The notes under the pieces: generated by a model
What the model saw: the letters and a program-made list of their open reading frames with translations, nothing else
Database searches by the model: none
Told to the model about the DNA's origin: nothing
Position numbers and translations under genes: made by a program
Assembly: GCA_965228735.1 (NCBI GenBank)
Contig: OZ245838.1
Coordinates: 992,001-1,056,000, forward strand
Origin: Planctomycetota bacterium
GTDB lineage: Bacteria; Planctomycetota; UBA1135; UBA2386
Reading direction: 5' to 3'
DNA: 64,000 bases
Shown here: in pieces, positions 1 to 8,055 of the stretch
Position numbering within the stretch: position 1 is the first letter of the stretch
Layout: each line of letters opens with the position of its first letter

Positions 1-429
1 ATGACCATCGACGGCCGCGAGCACCGGGTCGACTACGTGCCGGGCGAGAGCACGACGCAGATGTTCGGCGGCAACAGCAACTGGCGCGGGCCCGTCTGGT
101 TCCCGATCAATTACCTGATCATCGAGGCGCTCGAGCGCTACGCCCGGTTCTACGACGACTCGCTGCTCGTCGAGTATCCGACCGGGTCGGGCAAGCGGCG
201 GTCGCTCGACTACATCGCGAAGGATCTCGGGCAGCGCCTCACCGGGTTGTTCCGCCGCGATCCGGACGGGCGCCGGCCGTTCGCCGGCGACGACGCCCGG
301 TTCACGGACGATCCGTACTACCGCGATTTGCTCTGGTTCCACGAGTTCTTCGACGGCGACACGGGTCGCGGCTGCGGCGCGAGTCACCAGACGGGGTGGA
401 CGGCACTCGTGGCCCGCCTGTTCGATTGA
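1..429 (+). CDS. C-terminal part of an MGH1-like/GH63 glucosidase (5' end probably outside the window)
   Basis: Motifs GGNSNWRGPVWFPINYL, FHEFFDGDTGRGCGASHQTGWT typical of the bacterial MGH1-like glycoside hydrolase C-terminus. Confidence 0.85.
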   Translation: MTIDGREHRVDYVPGESTTQMFGGNSNWRGPVWFPINYLIIEALERYARFYDDSLLVEYPTGSGKRRSLDYIAKDLGQRLTGLFRRDPDGRRPFAGDDARFTDDPYYRDLLWFHEFFDGDTGRGCGASHQTGWTALVARLFD

Positions 430-436
430 GGCCGGC

Positions 437-964
437 ATGCGCACGATCCCGATCCCGATATTGGCTCTCCTGCTCGGCGCGACCGCCTGCGCATTGCCCG
501 ACGCGCCGGGTGGCCAAGGCGTCGTTTACACCCAGCACGTCTACATCGAGGGTGACTACGACGAGGTGTGGCGGCACCTGACGACCAAGGACGGGTTCCG
601 CGACTGGTACACGGTGCCGTGCCGGCAGTTCGATCCGACGCCCGGGAGCGAGCTGATCTGGGGCACCGACGACCGCGTGGTCTACCGCGGTCGCCTGCTC
701 GAGATCGAGAAGGGGCGGGGCGTGGCCTGGGAGTTCCGGTTCGTCGGTTTCGACTTCGACGAGCCCATGGCGCGCGTCGACATCGACGTCGTGGCATGCG
801 GCCCGACGGTGCTCGTGAGCGCGCGGCACGACCTGACCGCGGCGCCGGCGACGGCCGCGATGATCTCGCCGGTCGGCTGGGCCAAGCCGCTGTCGCGCCT
901 CAAGACGCTGATCGAGACGGGCAAGCCGATGCCGTGGCCGGTCGACGCCGTCATCGAGCGCTGA
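437..964 (+). CDS. SRPBCC/AHSA1-like domain protein, probable lipoprotein
   Basis: Pattern VWRHLT..GFRDWY...GW..LSRLKTLIETG; hydrophobic N-terminus ending LGATAC (lipobox-like). Confidence 0.75.
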   Translation: MRTIPIPILALLLGATACALPDAPGGQGVVYTQHVYIEGDYDEVWRHLTTKDGFRDWYTVPCRQFDPTPGSELIWGTDDRVVYRGRLLEIEKGRGVAWEFRFVGFDFDEPMARVDIDVVACGPTVLVSARHDLTAAPATAAMISPVGWAKPLSRLKTLIETGKPMPWPVDAVIER

Positions 965-1007
965 CGGGTCGCGAACGGCCGCACTCGTTCGCTACTTCTT
1001 CGGGGCG

Positions 1008-3869
1008 CTACTTCTTTTGTTGGGGCAGCCGCGCGAGCGCCTGCTGCAGCTTGTCGAGGTCGAGCGCGACGGTGACCGGGGACGTCTGCGTGCCGTCGGC
1101 CTTCAGTTCGTATTCGCCGAGCTCGACGGAGACCTGACGGCTCTTGGTCGACTGCGTCGCGTGCACCCGCAGCACGATGCGATACTTGCCGCTCTGCACG
1201 ACCGGGACCTGGACGAGATCGCTCGCCTCGAGCCACGCGCCCGTGCTCTTGCCGAGATCCCAGCGCGGGAACGAGAAGCGATTGCCCGTGCGCTGGTCGA
1301 GGCCGCTCAGCGACTGGGGGTAGCCGGAGTCGCCGCTGAGGATCACCGACACCCGGATCTTGCGATCCGGGCCGCAGAGCTGGCGCGCGCCGGGCACGAG
1401 CACCTGCGCCGGCACGACCCGTTCCATCGTCACCGCGTGCTCGCCGGGCGAGAGCTGCGTCTCGAGCGGCTTGCAGCCGGGCGCGAACGACACGAGGTCG
1501 ACGACCGAGCTGCTCGCGTAGAAGTCGGCGCGGCCACGTTGCCAGCGCAGCCCCGAATTCTGCACGCGCCCGTCGGGGTCGCGCCAACGCAGCATCAGCG
1601 GACTGTCGATGCGCAGCCGGTTGCCGCGCGGATCGACCGCGCGCAGGCGGTAGCGGAACACGCTCTGGCGCAGGTCGATCGTCGTCAGGCGCGGGTCGCG
1701 GACCTCGCCGGGCGTCACGTAGACGTCCTTCACCGTGAGAACCGGCTGCTTGATGCTGCGCAGCGTGACGATCGCGTCATAGCGGCCGGCGTGCAGCGGC
1801 TCGACCTCGAAGCGCCCGCCGCGCCGGCGCGAGAGCTGGACGCGCCGCGTGCGTGTCCCCTGCAGCTGGGACTCGATCGGCTTCAGCGTCAGCGTCGCGC
1901 ACTCGTTCGGCAGGCCGCGCGGCAGCAGCGCGCGCCCGCGCAGGAAGCCGTTGCGATCGATCCGGATGCGAAACGTCTGGCCCGGGCCGTTCCACGCCAC
2001 GGTGTCGGCGAGGTGCTGGTCGCTGTCCGCTTCGAGTCGCAGCTCGCTGCCGGTGGGGAAGCGCCCCCGCAGTTCGAACGTGCCGTCCGCGGCCGTCCGC
2101 GTCCGCAGGAACGGCACGTTGCGCCAGCGCTCTGCCCGCTGCTGCAGCATCCGAAACCGCTCCAGCTGGAACTGCTGCTCGCGCAGCTGCACCGGCAGCT
2201 GATTGAGCTGGAACGGCGTGCGCGGGCGCGAGCGATTGCCGGGCGGGCTCGGGCGCTTGAACTGGGCGACGACCGTCGCCCGTGGGATCGGCTGGCCGCG
2301 ATCATCGACGACGACGCCGCTGCAGAGGACCGGCAGCTCGCCGAGCACGATCTCGCCGAGCTCCCGGCGGACCTTGCCGGCGGGCGGCTGGAAGTCGACG
2401 CGCGCGCCGACTCGCGTCTGCGGTGCGCGTCCGCTGGCCGCCGGCCCTCCGTCCGTCGGCCCTCCGTCCGTCGGCTGGGGGGCAGTCGGAACGCTGAGGT
2501 TGAACTCGAGGGCCAGCGCCGATTGGGTGCGCGGGCTCTGCACTGCGTCGAAGTGGCCCGTCGCGGTGGTGTGCAGGCGCACGCTGCCCGCGTTCTTGTC
2601 GCCGTCCCACAGCACGGCGACGACGGCGCGATCGGCGATTGGCGAGCCGTCGGCCAGCACGAGTCGGCCCGCGAGCAGCCCGAAGCGCTCGGGCAGCTTC
2701 ATCGTGACCTGTAGCGGTGCGGTCGTGTCAGCGGTCGCCGGCGGGACCGTGATCGGCTCGCCGATGGCGGCGCGACGTTCGCTCTCGAACCGCGCGACCG
2801 GTCGCAGCTCGGTCCCGAGTCCGAGGTGGTCGAAGCGCACGGGGTCCGGGCCGACGGGCTTCGCTCGACGTTCCGCCGCCATGTGGCCGGCGGACGGATA
2901 CCCGCTCCGGTGCTCCTGCGGCTGCACGGGCGTGAAGCTCACCCTCGCCGGGCTCAGCAGCGGCTCGCCCTGATGATCGGCGAGCAGCAGCTCGACCGCG
3001 CCGAGCGGCGGCACGACGAGCTCGATCGGGTCCGGCGGCGCCGGCCGGCCGTCGAACTCCACGAGCACGGGGGCCGGCGTCGCGGCCTGCACCGCAGCGG
3101 CGAACCGCTCCTTCTGCCCGTTGCGTCGGCGCTCGCGCAGATACTGGAAGTGGGGCGCGACCGCGCGGCCATCCGGGCCGCTCTCGCCGCGCCAGATCGT
3201 GTCGCCGCCGCGCTTCCTGCTGTCGCCGCGGTGCTGCAGCAACGCGACGGGGATGCCGGGCACGAAGCGTTCCTCGGTGTCGCGGACCAGGATCGTGACC
3301 GTCTCGTCGGCCCGCAGCGTCACGGTCGCCGTGCGGTTGCCGGGCCGGGCGACGCCGAACCCGAAGCGGTCCCCGTGGCGCGCTGCGACGAGGAACGTGC
3401 GCCGCGTCGGTCGCAGGATCGCGATCCCATCGGTGCCGGTCTCGCTGCGGTCGCCGCAGAACTCGGGCCACTCGAGGCGGCGGGCCGGCAGGTCGTCGCC
3501 GCGCCGCTCCATCGCCTCACCGACCGTGACGAACAGCACCTCGGCGCCCGCGACCGGCTGTGCGGGGTCGCCGTCGACGACGAGCACGCGCGGGGCCGCG
3601 CTAGCTTCGCTCGCGTCGATCGGCACCTCGTCGCGGAGGTTCGACAGGTCGGGCAGCTCGAGGTCTGACGCGGCCGTATCCTCGCTCGTGGTCGAGGCTT
3701 GGGCCGGCGCGGGGCCCGGAGTGGTCGGCTCCTCGGCGGCGGCGGGCGGCGGCCCGGGGCGAACGGGGGCGGGTTCGTCGGCGCCGCCGAATCCGAGCCA
3801 CAGCACGCCGAGCGCGGCCGCCAGCAGCAGCAGCGCGATCGGCAGCAGGGGCTTCGTGTCAGCGGCCAT
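1008..3869 (-). CDS. Large membrane-anchored protein with carboxypeptidase-regulatory-like beta-sandwich repeats
   Basis: ATG at 3869 followed by a TM helix and Pro/Ala linker; repeated GxVVDxxGxPI / TxxDGxF motifs (SGVVVDDRGQPIPRATV, TAADGTFEL). Confidence 0.7.
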   Translation of the reverse strand: MAADTKPLLPIALLLLAAALGVLWLGFGGADEPAPVRPGPPPAAAEEPTTPGPAPAQASTTSEDTAASDLELPDLSNLRDEVPIDASEASAAPRVLVVDGDPAQPVAGAEVLFVTVGEAMERRGDDLPARRLEWPEFCGDRSETGTDGIAILRPTRRTFLVAARHGDRFGFGVARPGNRTATVTLRADETVTILVRDTEERFVPGIPVALLQHRGDSRKRGGDTIWRGESGPDGRAVAPHFQYLRERRRNGQKERFAAAVQAATPAPVLVEFDGRPAPPDPIELVVPPLGAVELLLADHQGEPLLSPARVSFTPVQPQEHRSGYPSAGHMAAERRAKPVGPDPVRFDHLGLGTELRPVARFESERRAAIGEPITVPPATADTTAPLQVTMKLPERFGLLAGRLVLADGSPIADRAVVAVLWDGDKNAGSVRLHTTATGHFDAVQSPRTQSALALEFNLSVPTAPQPTDGGPTDGGPAASGRAPQTRVGARVDFQPPAGKVRRELGEIVLGELPVLCSGVVVDDRGQPIPRATVVAQFKRPSPPGNRSRPRTPFQLNQLPVQLREQQFQLERFRMLQQRAERWRNVPFLRTRTAADGTFELRGRFPTGSELRLEADSDQHLADTVAWNGPGQTFRIRIDRNGFLRGRALLPRGLPNECATLTLKPIESQLQGTRTRRVQLSRRRGGRFEVEPLHAGRYDAIVTLRSIKQPVLTVKDVYVTPGEVRDPRLTTIDLRQSVFRYRLRAVDPRGNRLRIDSPLMLRWRDPDGRVQNSGLRWQRGRADFYASSSVVDLVSFAPGCKPLETQLSPGEHAVTMERVVPAQVLVPGARQLCGPDRKIRVSVILSGDSGYPQSLSGLDQRTGNRFSFPRWDLGKSTGAWLEASDLVQVPVVQSGKYRIVLRVHATQSTKSRQVSVELGEYELKADGTQTSPVTVALDLDKLQQALARLPQQKK

Positions 3870-4054
3870 CGGGTGGTTCGACGGGAGTTGTAACCCAGGA
3901 CTCCGGCCGAAGCGGCGGGACAACTGTGGCGGCTTGGTAACCGGAGCCCCCGCGCCGGGCTACGGGCGGTCCGAACCCGAATCTGGCGGTCAATTCCGTG
4001 CCCGCAACTGCCGATGATGTCGACAGCTTCGATCCGTTCTTTGCCCGCACGGCG

Positions 4055-4071
4055 TAGGCACCTAGAGTGCT
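4055..4071 (+). promoter_or_regulatory. Sigma-54 (-24/-12) promoter of the EPS/exosortase operon
   Basis: TAGGCACCTAGAGTGCT: GG(4057-58)-N10-GC(4069-70), close to consensus YTGGCACG-N4-TTGCW; ~35 nt upstream of the first gene. Confidence 0.7.
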
Positions 4072-4105
4072 GGAGGCTAGACTACTTTGCGAGGCAAACC
4101 TCATC

Positions 4106-4933
4106 GTGACAGAGACCCCACAATCGCTGCCCTCGACGTCGCTCCAGGCCAAGGTCGCGCTGCTCGCTGTGTTCTGCGCCTGTCTGCTCGGGGGCTGCAC
4201 GCCGCTCGAGGAGAAGCGCATCGCGCAGCTGCGGCACGAGAAGGGGTTCGGGACGCGCGCCGAAGGTGACGCGACCCTCGAGGACTACGTCGGTGGCCTC
4301 GACACGATCCAGTTCCTGATCTCGCCGACCGAGCTCATGCTGCCGGGCCGTGAGCGGCTCATCGAGCTCACGGCCGCGCAGCCGATCGGCATCGACGGCA
4401 CGATCTACGTGCCCTACGTCGGCCCAGTCTACGTGCTGGGCTACACCGAGACGGAGCTCGCCGCGTTGATCAAGACGCACCTGCGCTCGGTGTTCCGGAA
4501 CGAGATCGACCTGCAGGCGCGCATCATCGTGTCGCAGAAGTTCTTCTACGGCGTCGGCGAGGTCGCGCGGAAGGGGCCGCAGCTGCTGCAGCCCGACATG
4601 ACGTTCTTCCGCGCGATGTTCTCGGTCGGCTGGACCAACTTCGCGAACCTCGGCCGGGTGTATCTGATCCGGCCCGACGCGGAGGCGCCGCTCGTCGTCG
4701 ACATCAACTTCCGCGAGATGATCCTCACGGGCCTCACGGAGTACAACATCCAGATGCGCGAGAACGACATCGTCTACATCCCGCCGACCGTGCTCGGCGT
4801 GGTCGGGCGCGTGCTGCAGCGCATCACCGAACCGCTCGGCCTCGCCGTGCGCACCCTGTTCGGCGTCGCGCAGATCCGCACGTCCTACGAGGTCGCGACC
4901 GGGCAGCGGCAGCAGATCTTCTTCCGCTTCTGA
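4106..4933 (+). CDS. Polysaccharide export outer-membrane lipoprotein (Wza-like)
   Basis: Lipobox LLGGC; poly_export motif IGIDGTIYVPYVGPVYVLG; SLBB-like GEVARKG and ENDIVYIP; start moved to GTG 4106 because 4067 overlaps the promoter. Confidence 0.85.
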   Translation: MTETPQSLPSTSLQAKVALLAVFCACLLGGCTPLEEKRIAQLRHEKGFGTRAEGDATLEDYVGGLDTIQFLISPTELMLPGRERLIELTAAQPIGIDGTIYVPYVGPVYVLGYTETELAALIKTHLRSVFRNEIDLQARIIVSQKFFYGVGEVARKGPQLLQPDMTFFRAMFSVGWTNFANLGRVYLIRPDAEAPLVVDINFREMILTGLTEYNIQMRENDIVYIPPTVLGVVGRVLQRITEPLGLAVRTLFGVAQIRTSYEVATGQRQQIFFRF

Positions 4934-4973
4934 TGAGCCCGACCCGATGAGCCAGACGCGATGAGCCAGACGC
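4932..4973 (+). repeat. Three tandem 14-bp units GATGAGCC(C/A)GAC(C/G)C, each containing an ATG
   Basis: Units at 4932-4945, 4946-4959, 4960-4973 read directly from the sequence. Confidence 0.9.
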
Positions 4974-6586
4974 CGCAGCTCGACATCCCGCAGATCTCGG
5001 TAGCGCGCTACCTGGATCTGCTGAAGCGTCGGCGTTGGCAGGTGATCCCGATGTCGCTGCTCGGGCTGCTCATCGGCGGCATCGTCGCGTTCTTCATCCC
5101 GCGCTACTACGTCGCGACCGCGAGTATCGCGTACGAACACCCGCCCGGGCACACGGACATCGACCGCGAGGACCCGTTCGGCGCGATCATCGCGTCGGCC
5201 AAGCTCACGATCCCGCGCGCGATCGAGGCCACGATCAAGGACCTCGGCTGGCCCGAGTCGATCACGACGGACCCCTACGTACTCGGGCAGAACGTCGCGG
5301 ACATCGACGAGCGGCTGTCGATCGTGCCGATCGGCAACAACAGCGAGCGCGCGTACGCGCTGATCCGGGTCACCTACAAGGACCGCGACGGCGAGCGCGC
5401 GGCCGCGTTCCTCAACAAGCTCGTGCTCACCTGGATCGAGCAGCGCCAGGCCCAGCTGATGGAGAACGCCCGCGCGCGGCTCGGGAGCGCCCTCGCCGAT
5501 CACAAGCGTCACAATACGGCCTACAACGACTTCATCGAGCAGCGGCGGCAGCTGCAGCAGACCTATCGGATCCAGCCGGACTCCCTGCCGATCGAACAGA
5601 TGCAGCGCGTTGTCGGCGGCGTTCTGATGGACAGCTTCCAGGCGCGGGCGGACATGCTGCGCGATGCTCGCGTCGAGGTGGCGGGGCTGAGCAAGCAACT
5701 CGAGATCGCGCAGGAGAAGCTGAAGGGCCTCACTGCGCGGGTGCCGCTGAGTCTGCCGATGCTCATGGAGACGGCGGGCAAGACCGAGCAAGGCAAGGCC
5801 TTGCTGGTCGGGATCGCCAGCGCCCAGATGGCGATCGAAGGGTTCAATCCTGGCTCGCCGCATATCGCCACGTATCAGCGTCGGATCGATACCTACATGG
5901 CGCAGCTGCGCGAGCTCGGCAAGACGCCCGAGATGGACGAGAACGGGCTCGTGCCGAATCCGGTCTACGACGCGCAGAAGGAGATCGTCGAGACGCTCGA
6001 GGGCAAGCTTGCCAAAGCGCAGGCGACGGTCCCCGTGCTCGAAGGCCAGCTTGCGCAGGAGCGCGAGAATCTCGCGCGCAAGGCGGAGGGCTTCGCGCTG
6101 TACTCCAAGGTCGAGGACCAGCTCGAGCAGGCCAAGGAGAAGGTGACCGCGGCCAACGACCGCGCCGCGCTCGAGCGCAGTTACCTGACGCAGCTCGAGA
6201 GCGAGCCGCCGATCCGGCGCGAGCAGGAAGCGCGCGTGCCGCCGGCGCCGACGGAGCCCAATCTCGTGCTCGTCGCATTGCTCGGCTGTGTGATCGGACT
6301 CTTCGCCGCGACCGCCCTCGTGCTGCTGCTCGACGTCCTGCGCGGCACGTTCAAGACCGTCGAGGAGGTCGACCGCGCGCTCACCGTCCCGGTGCTCGGT
6401 GGCGTGAGCTTCCTCGAGACCGACGCGCAGCGGCGGGAGGTCGCGCGATCGCGGCGCCGCGCGACGATCGTCGCCGCGGCCTTCCTCATGCTGATCGGCG
6501 GCGTCGTTCTCATCTACTACTTCGACCCGACCCGGCTGCCGACCGTCGTGCGCGACATGCTCTCGATGGTGCTCGGCACCGCGTGA
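4961..6586 (+). CDS. Polysaccharide chain-length determinant/co-polymerase (Wzc/GumC-like, no kinase domain)
   Basis: N-terminal YLDLLKRRRWQVI + TM, long coiled coil, ARVPPAPTEPN + TM, EEVDRALTVPVLG; no Walker A. Confidence 0.85.
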   Translation: MSQTPQLDIPQISVARYLDLLKRRRWQVIPMSLLGLLIGGIVAFFIPRYYVATASIAYEHPPGHTDIDREDPFGAIIASAKLTIPRAIEATIKDLGWPESITTDPYVLGQNVADIDERLSIVPIGNNSERAYALIRVTYKDRDGERAAAFLNKLVLTWIEQRQAQLMENARARLGSALADHKRHNTAYNDFIEQRRQLQQTYRIQPDSLPIEQMQRVVGGVLMDSFQARADMLRDARVEVAGLSKQLEIAQEKLKGLTARVPLSLPMLMETAGKTEQGKALLVGIASAQMAIEGFNPGSPHIATYQRRIDTYMAQLRELGKTPEMDENGLVPNPVYDAQKEIVETLEGKLAKAQATVPVLEGQLAQERENLARKAEGFALYSKVEDQLEQAKEKVTAANDRAALERSYLTQLESEPPIRREQEARVPPAPTEPNLVLVALLGCVIGLFAATALVLLLDVLRGTFKTVEEVDRALTVPVLGGVSFLETDAQRREVARSRRRATIVAAAFLMLIGGVVLIYYFDPTRLPTVVRDMLSMVLGTA

Positions 6587-6587
6587 C

Positions 6588-6604
6588 GTCCGGAACCCGG
6601 TTCC
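6588..6604 (+). repeat. Isolated REP-like palindrome GTCCGGAACCCGGTTCC
   Basis: GGAACC-C-GGTTCC hairpin just after the wzc-like stop; resembles units at 39350-39503. Confidence 0.5.
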
Positions 6605-6642
6605 ACGGCGCCCCAGGAGACCTCCGGCCGACGACCTGAACG

Positions 6643-8055
6643 ATGCGCGACCTGCTCGTCTTCGCGATCGTCATGCTGTCGATGCCGACGATCTTCCAGC
6701 GGCCGTTCTACGGCATGCTGGTGTTCAGCTGGCTGGCCTACATGCGGCCGCAGGATCTGTGCTGGGGCTTCGCCCGCACGATGCGCCTGTCGTTCCTCGT
6801 CGCGGCCGCGATGCTGCTCGGGTGGTACGCGAACGAGCGCGGGCGCAAACCGTTCGCCGTGTGGCACGACTATCGGTCCAAGCTGATGATCCTGCTCGGG
6901 CTGTTCGTCGCGATCAGCTACGCGTTCGCGAAGTACCAGACGAAGTACACCAACACCTATTTTTTCGAGTTCAACAAGATCATCGTCATCGCGCTGTTCA
7001 CGAGCGGGCAGGTCGACTCCGTGAAGCGCTTCAAGGTGATGGTCTGGACGATCGCCATCTGCCTCGGCTTCTTCGGGATCAAGGGCGGGCTGTTCGGGTT
7101 CCTCACGGGCGGCGGCACGCAGATCATCCGCGGGCCGGGCGGCATGCTCGAGGACAACAACGACTTCGCGCTCGCGCTCACGATGAACGTGCCGCTGCTG
7201 TGGTATCTCGGGATCGCGGAGCGCGACAAGCCGATCATCGGCAAGCTCTGCAAGGTCGGGATCCTGCTGACGGTCGTGACGATCCTGCTCACGCACAGCC
7301 GCGGCGCGTTCCTCGCGCTGACCGCGACGTCGCTGTGGATCGCGTGGCGCTCGGGCAAGATCTTCCGGGCGTTCTCCGTGCTCGCGCTGTTGGCGGCGCT
7401 GTTCCCGTTCCTCGCGCCCCAGGCGGTGCTCGACCGGCTGGCGACGATCGGGGAGGGCAGCCAGGAGAGCTCGATCAACGCGCGCTTCAAGGCGTGGCGG
7501 ACCGCGTTCAACATGATCGAGGACCGACCGATCCTCGGCGTCGGCATGCGCAACTTCCGCCCGCGCTACGAGGACTACGCGGCGCACGAGATCGTCGAAG
7601 GGGGCAAGACCTACGTCGCGCACAACAGCTACCTGCAGATCTGGGCGGAGAGCGGCACGCTCGCGTTCGGCGTCTATCTGCTGCTGCTCGGATCCGTGTT
7701 CTTCGCGTGCCGCCGGGTCTACCGCATCGGCATGAGTCGGCCGGACCTGCGTTGGGCCGCGGACTATGCGCGGATGATGGAGGCGACCACGGCCGGTTTC
7801 ATGGTGGGTGCGTTCTTCCTCAACCGCGGGCACTTCGATCTCGTCTACCACTGGTTCGCGCTCGTGGCGGCGCTGCTCGCCGTGACCAACGCCGCGTTCC
7901 GCGAGGATCCAGCGCTGTCGATGACGCGCGTGCGGCGGGAGCCGGGGGCCGGGGGCGGGGTGATCACCTCGCGGTGGCGATCGGCCGTGGATCGGGTCTC
8001 CGACGTCGGCGCGTCGATCGCGCGGGCCACGCCGACCTGGCAGCGGAGAACCTGA
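6643..8055 (+). CDS. O-antigen ligase/polymerase family protein (exosortase-system-associated type)
   Basis: Multi-TM; GPGGMLEDNNDFA, THSRGAFL, RPILGVG, AHNSYLQIWAESG motifs. Confidence 0.9.
   Translation: MRDLLVFAIVMLSMPTIFQRPFYGMLVFSWLAYMRPQDLCWGFARTMRLSFLVAAAMLLGWYANERGRKPFAVWHDYRSKLMILLGLFVAISYAFAKYQTKYTNTYFFEFNKIIVIALFTSGQVDSVKRFKVMVWTIAICLGFFGIKGGLFGFLTGGGTQIIRGPGGMLEDNNDFALALTMNVPLLWYLGIAERDKPIIGKLCKVGILLTVVTILLTHSRGAFLALTATSLWIAWRSGKIFRAFSVLALLAALFPFLAPQAVLDRLATIGEGSQESSINARFKAWRTAFNMIEDRPILGVGMRNFRPRYEDYAAHEIVEGGKTYVAHNSYLQIWAESGTLAFGVYLLLLGSVFFACRRVYRIGMSRPDLRWAADYARMMEATTAGFMVGAFFLNRGHFDLVYHWFALVAALLAVTNAAFREDPALSMTRVRREPGAGGGVITSRWRSAVDRVSDVGASIARATPTWQRRT

Noticed and set aside
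2442..2475. 15-bp tandem duplication encoding PTDGG-PTDGG
   Set aside because: In-frame linker slippage with no sign of function.
6759..8054. Apparent long N-terminal extension of AsnB in the ORF track (similar cases for GT4, recB, recD, FG-GAP)
   Set aside because: Extensions overlap upstream genes; true starts are the coupled ATGA/GTGA/TGATG junctions, and AsnB needs its catalytic Cys at position 2.
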